Positions 60,320 through 64,000 of a stretch of DNA of 64,000 bases are shown here, one piece after another. The notes under the pieces were generated by a model. That model searched no databases. It was not told where the DNA came from and saw nothing but the letters and a program-made list of their open reading frames with translations. Every line of letters starts with the position of its first letter. The first letter of the stretch is position 1. Made by a program: the position numbers and the translations under genes. The DNA is from Saprolegnia diclina VS20 (taxonomy: Eukaryota): assembly GCF_000281045.1 (NCBI RefSeq), contig NW_008246085.1:311749-375748 (forward strand), in the 5' to 3' direction.

Positions 60320-61630
60320 ATGGTGGCTCACTACGACGAGATGCCCAACAAGAAGCCGCGCGTCGACAGAGACATTGTGTCGTCCTTGCTCTCGCTCCGG
60401 ACGCACGCGCCGCTCCCGAGCCTCGCAACCACCGTCCACCGCCTCCCCGCGCTCCGCCCGCAGCCGCCATCGCTCCACAAGCCGCTTTTGGTCCAACTCC
60501 AGGAGCGACAGAAGGGCCCAATGCCGCTCCCATCGCCCTCTGACGTCCGCGCGCTGCAGGCCGACCCGCGCGTCCGGCAGGCCATCGAGCGCTTGAAGGA
60601 GCACCAAAAAACCCACCGCACGGACCTCTCGCTCCTCTCGCGCGAAACGGTAGCGATCATCGAGTCGCTCGCCGCGTCGGACCCGGTCGCGGACGATGAC
60701 GGGTCGGCCAGCGTCTCGAGCAGCGCGTCATCGTCTCGCGTCCAGTCGACGGACGGCTCGACGATCGGTGACGACGGGTCCAGCAGCGGGAAGCGGCGGC
60801 GGCTCAACGACGGGCGCCGGCTGCGCGGCCTCGGCGAGCACACGATCCCGCTCGAAGCGCCGGTCAAAACGTCGTTTGCGACCAGCTGGGCGCAGCGCAA
60901 GCACAACTTTGAGCTCGTCCAGCTCAAGCGGGACATTGAGCGATGCCGGAAAGAGTACTTGAGCTACCTCCGCACGCGCCTTAGCCGCTGCATTGCGACC
61001 AACGGAGAGCGCCAATTGAACCCGACCGACGACGTGCTTGGGCGGCGTATCGAGCTGCGCGTCGCGTCCATGGCCTACCTCTTCCAATCGCGCGTCATGT
61101 ACCCGTGCGGCGTCGGCGCCTTCGCCGACACCCACGCGCTTACGCACAACGCGTTCGACCGGAGCATCCGCGACGTCGCCGCGCTCTTCCGGGCCGCCGC
61201 CGCCTGCGTCCGCATCGACCACTCGACTATCGAGCAGTGCCGGCCCATGAACGACCACACGATTGCGTTCCACACGGTTTTTTGGGTCACGATCACGGAC
61301 GCGACCAAGCTCCCGGCGCTGCTCCGCGACGACGTGCGCGGCCTCTGCGGGCATTTTGAGGCCCGCGGACAGCTCCGTCTCCAGGCCGTGCTTACGTGCG
61401 CATACAAGACGTTCGACATCACCGAGATTGACATTCGCATCGACGTGGCCGACGCCCTCGAGAGCTACAAACCACCGACGACGCGCGACGACGCAGGCAG
61501 CATGCACGCCAAGCTACTTCTGCAGCACCAAGTCGGCGCCAACCGCACGCCAGCGATCGATACCACGCGGCCGCCTGCCTTGCGCCCGATGCCACGCGTC
61601 GTCATGGTCCCGTTCCAGGTTCTGCCATAG
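60320..61630 (+). CDS. Hypothetical nuclear protein resembling the oomycete bZIP-associated family
   Basis: Intronless; NLS-like KKPR and KRRR; short coiled coil (LVQLKRDIERCRKE); C-terminal alpha/beta domain (WVTITD...LRLQAVLTC...ITEIDIRIDV) recalls oomycete bZIP C-terminal domains. Confidence 0.55.
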   Translation: MVAHYDEMPNKKPRVDRDIVSSLLSLRTHAPLPSLATTVHRLPALRPQPPSLHKPLLVQLQERQKGPMPLPSPSDVRALQADPRVRQAIERLKEHQKTHRTDLSLLSRETVAIIESLAASDPVADDDGSASVSSSASSSRVQSTDGSTIGDDGSSSGKRRRLNDGRRLRGLGEHTIPLEAPVKTSFATSWAQRKHNFELVQLKRDIERCRKEYLSYLRTRLSRCIATNGERQLNPTDDVLGRRIELRVASMAYLFQSRVMYPCGVGAFADTHALTHNAFDRSIRDVAALFRAAAACVRIDHSTIEQCRPMNDHTIAFHTVFWVTITDATKLPALLRDDVRGLCGHFEARGQLRLQAVLTCAYKTFDITEIDIRIDVADALESYKPPTTRDDAGSMHAKLLLQHQVGANRTPAIDTTRPPALRPMPRVVMVPFQVLP

Positions 61631-61921
61631 ACTGTATAGAAAGCGCTAAGTTAATCTCGTGCCAGATACGAGTACTACACCACATCTCGTACTCTGGTGC
61701 GCGTTGGCGTTGGCTGGGAAGCGGCGGTTTACCAGCGAGGCTACCAGCACTGTCGGAAAGAAAGTGCGTGTTTTTGATGTCGTGGCCATGATCTGGAAGC
61801 GCGATTGGATAAAATTCGGAATATTGACAATTTGGACCAATCCGCGCCCACGACATCGTTACTGCAGTCATTTGACGCCGTCACGCAGAGTTCAATTTGC
61901 CGGTGCTTCAACGCGACGTCG

Positions 61922-64000
61922 ATGCAGCAGCAGTTCCAGTCGCAACCGCCGGGCGGCTTCCGCCCCTTCAACCCCGCAGCGCCGTCGTCCGGCGGTCCGC
62001 GCTCCAACGGCGCGGCGCCGTTCAACCCGGCCGCGCAGCCGCGGTCCTTTGGCCCGCCATCGCAAAATGCGCCTCTGTCTGGCGGACCGCCACAAGCGGC
62101 GTTCGGTCGGCAAGCGTCGGGTCCACTGTCGCAAGGCCAATTGAGTGGTCCGCCCCAGCCGTTTGGCCGACCTGCTCCGCCAGCGTTTGCGCAAGGCCCA
62201 CCCCAAGCTTTTGCTGCGCAAGGACCGCCTGCGATGCAAGCACCACCGCAACAGCCTCCCCACGGACAGTTTGCCACGCCACAGGGAGCGAGTGGTCCGC
62301 CACAAGAGCTGCATCAAGCGTTTGGACGTATGGCCGTTCAGCCTGCGGGGCCGCCACGAGCACCACCGATGGGTCACGCGCCGCCGATGAACCAACCGCC
62401 GCCGATGAACCAGGCACCTGGAAGCTACCCTCCGATGGGCCAAGGGCCGCCCACGATGATGCACCAAATGCAGCCGCAGCACCAGCCCACGAGCCACGGA
62501 CCCTCGCCGCTACAGCCGTTGCGGAGCTACCCGCCGGCAATGCAGGCGCCCGGTAGCTACCCTCAAGCGACACGTGGTACTGCGCTCCCGAGCGGCGACT
62601 TTAACCAAGGCAACTACGCTGCGCAGCAGCCGATGATGGCGCAGACGCACGCCCCCGTCCTGGCTGCGCCGTGCGACCCGCGCTATCTTCGTATGACCGT
62701 CAATGCTGTCGCCCATTCGCAAGAGCACGCAACCAAGTCGGCGCTGCCTTACGGTCTCGTGCTCCAGCCGCTGGCCGAGCCCGAGGACGGCAAGGAGGTA
62801 CGAAACTCAATCGGAAGGGATATGAATCTCAAACTCAATGTTGCTAGCTGCCGGTGGTCAACTTTGGCGCGTCGGGCGTCGTGCGCTGCAAGTCGTGCCG
62901 CGCGTACATCAACCCGTACATTCAGTGGATGGACAACGGTCGCCGGTGGCGCTGCAACCTCTGCGGCATCGCGAACGACGGTACGGACCTGAATCTCAAA
63001 ACTGAAAATTGAGTTGCGCCTCCTAGTCCCGAGCTCGTACTTTTGCCATCTGAATGCAAACGGCGTCCGCCACGACATTGACGAGGTACGATGCCGCGAG
63101 TTTGCTCGGGCATGAGACGAGGCTTTTTGCGTAGCGTCCGGAGCTTCGCGGCAGTGTCGAGATCATTGCGCCGTCCGAGTACACGGTGCGCCCGCCGATT
63201 CCGCCGGCATTTGTGTTTGTCGTCGACGTCTCGGCGCAAGCGGTGGCGAGTGGCATGGTGCAAGTGGCCGCCGAAACCATCTTGGCACAGCTCGACAACC
63301 TTCCGGGCGAAGGACGCACGCGCTTTGGCTTGATTACCTACGACAGCCACGTGCATTTCTACAACCTCAAGGCCGGCTTGAAGGCGCCGCAGATGATGGT
63401 CGTCCCCGACATCAACGAGCTCTTCATTCCGATCCCGGACGAGCTCCTCGTCAACCTCAGGTTTGCTCCATCTCTTGGCAGCATGAAGCTCATATCTCTA
63501 ACATAGCGACTCGCGGGATGTGATTGAGAGCTTACTGGAGATGCTGCCGCGTATGCACCAAGGCACGCGCAACCCCGACACGTGCTTGGGCCCGGCGATT
63601 CGCGCCGCCTTCCGTCTCATGGTGCGCCACGATGCGCTCGACCACTAAGATTTCATTTTCTTATGGTAGACGGCACTGGGGGGCAAGATGCTCGTGTTCC
63701 AGAGCTCGCTGCCGACGACGGGCCAGGGCGCGCTCAAGCACCGCGACGACCCGCGCCTCCTCGGTTCGGAGAAGGAGCAGTCTCTGCTCAACCCTGTTGA
63801 CACGTACGTCAACGTATACGCAATGGCGTCGCTTGACGGCCTGTATCGGTAGGTTTTACCGCAAGAACGCGATCGAGTTTTGCCGGCAGCAAGTCAGCGT
63901 CGACACGTTCCTCTTTGCGCCGCAGTACACGGACGTGGCATCGCTCGCGCCGCTCTCAAAGTACTCTGGCGGACAGCTCTTCTACTACCTCAACTTTTCC
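61922..64000 (+). CDS. SEC24: COPII coat protein Sec24 (3' end truncated)
   Basis: P/Q/G-rich N-terminus, YLRMT, LPYGLVLQPLA, zinc finger VRCKSCRAYINP...WRCNLC, FVFVVDVS and GGKMLVF. Confidence 0.93.

Noticed and set aside
1..64000. CRISPR arrays, rRNA, transposase or reverse transcriptase genes
   Set aside because: No repeat-spacer arrays, rRNA-like sequence or DDE/RT motifs were seen; apparent frameshifts are explained by short spliceosomal introns.

Overview
Gene-dense, GC-rich eukaryotic genomic DNA with many very short (about 45-65 nt) GT-AG introns. Oomycete-type INR+FPR core promoters and CCAAT boxes, a flagellar CCDC180-like gene and an oomycete-style bZIP-like gene point to an oomycete, probably Saprolegniales (inference). 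About 27 protein-coding genes are supported: PP2C, rhomboid protease, gamma-carbonic-anhydrase-like subunit, two mitochondrial carriers, RPC25, CCDC180, HMGB, a Cys-rich GPI-type surface protein, NOT2, a DUF3293-like protein, an IQ protein, Rad54, two D-serine-dehydratase-like paralogs (each interrupted by an N gap) flanking TRAPPC2L, a WD40 protein, ATR, DDX54, an ABCA transporter, NAR1, COX10, a kinesin-3 and SEC24. I found no rRNA, tRNA, CRISPR array or intact mobile element. Most notable observations: a recurring TATCCGGATA palindrome just upstream of mostly mitochondrial genes; a kinesin-3 ending in a polybasic CaaX motif; duplicated D-amino-acid enzymes with a gene-conversion-like pattern; an intronless bacterial-type DUF3293 gene; Rad54 with SIM-like and NZF additions; and a PIP-box-like WD40 gene head-to-head with ATR. 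All family calls are from motif recognition by eye; no searches were run, and some start codons and exon edges are approximate.
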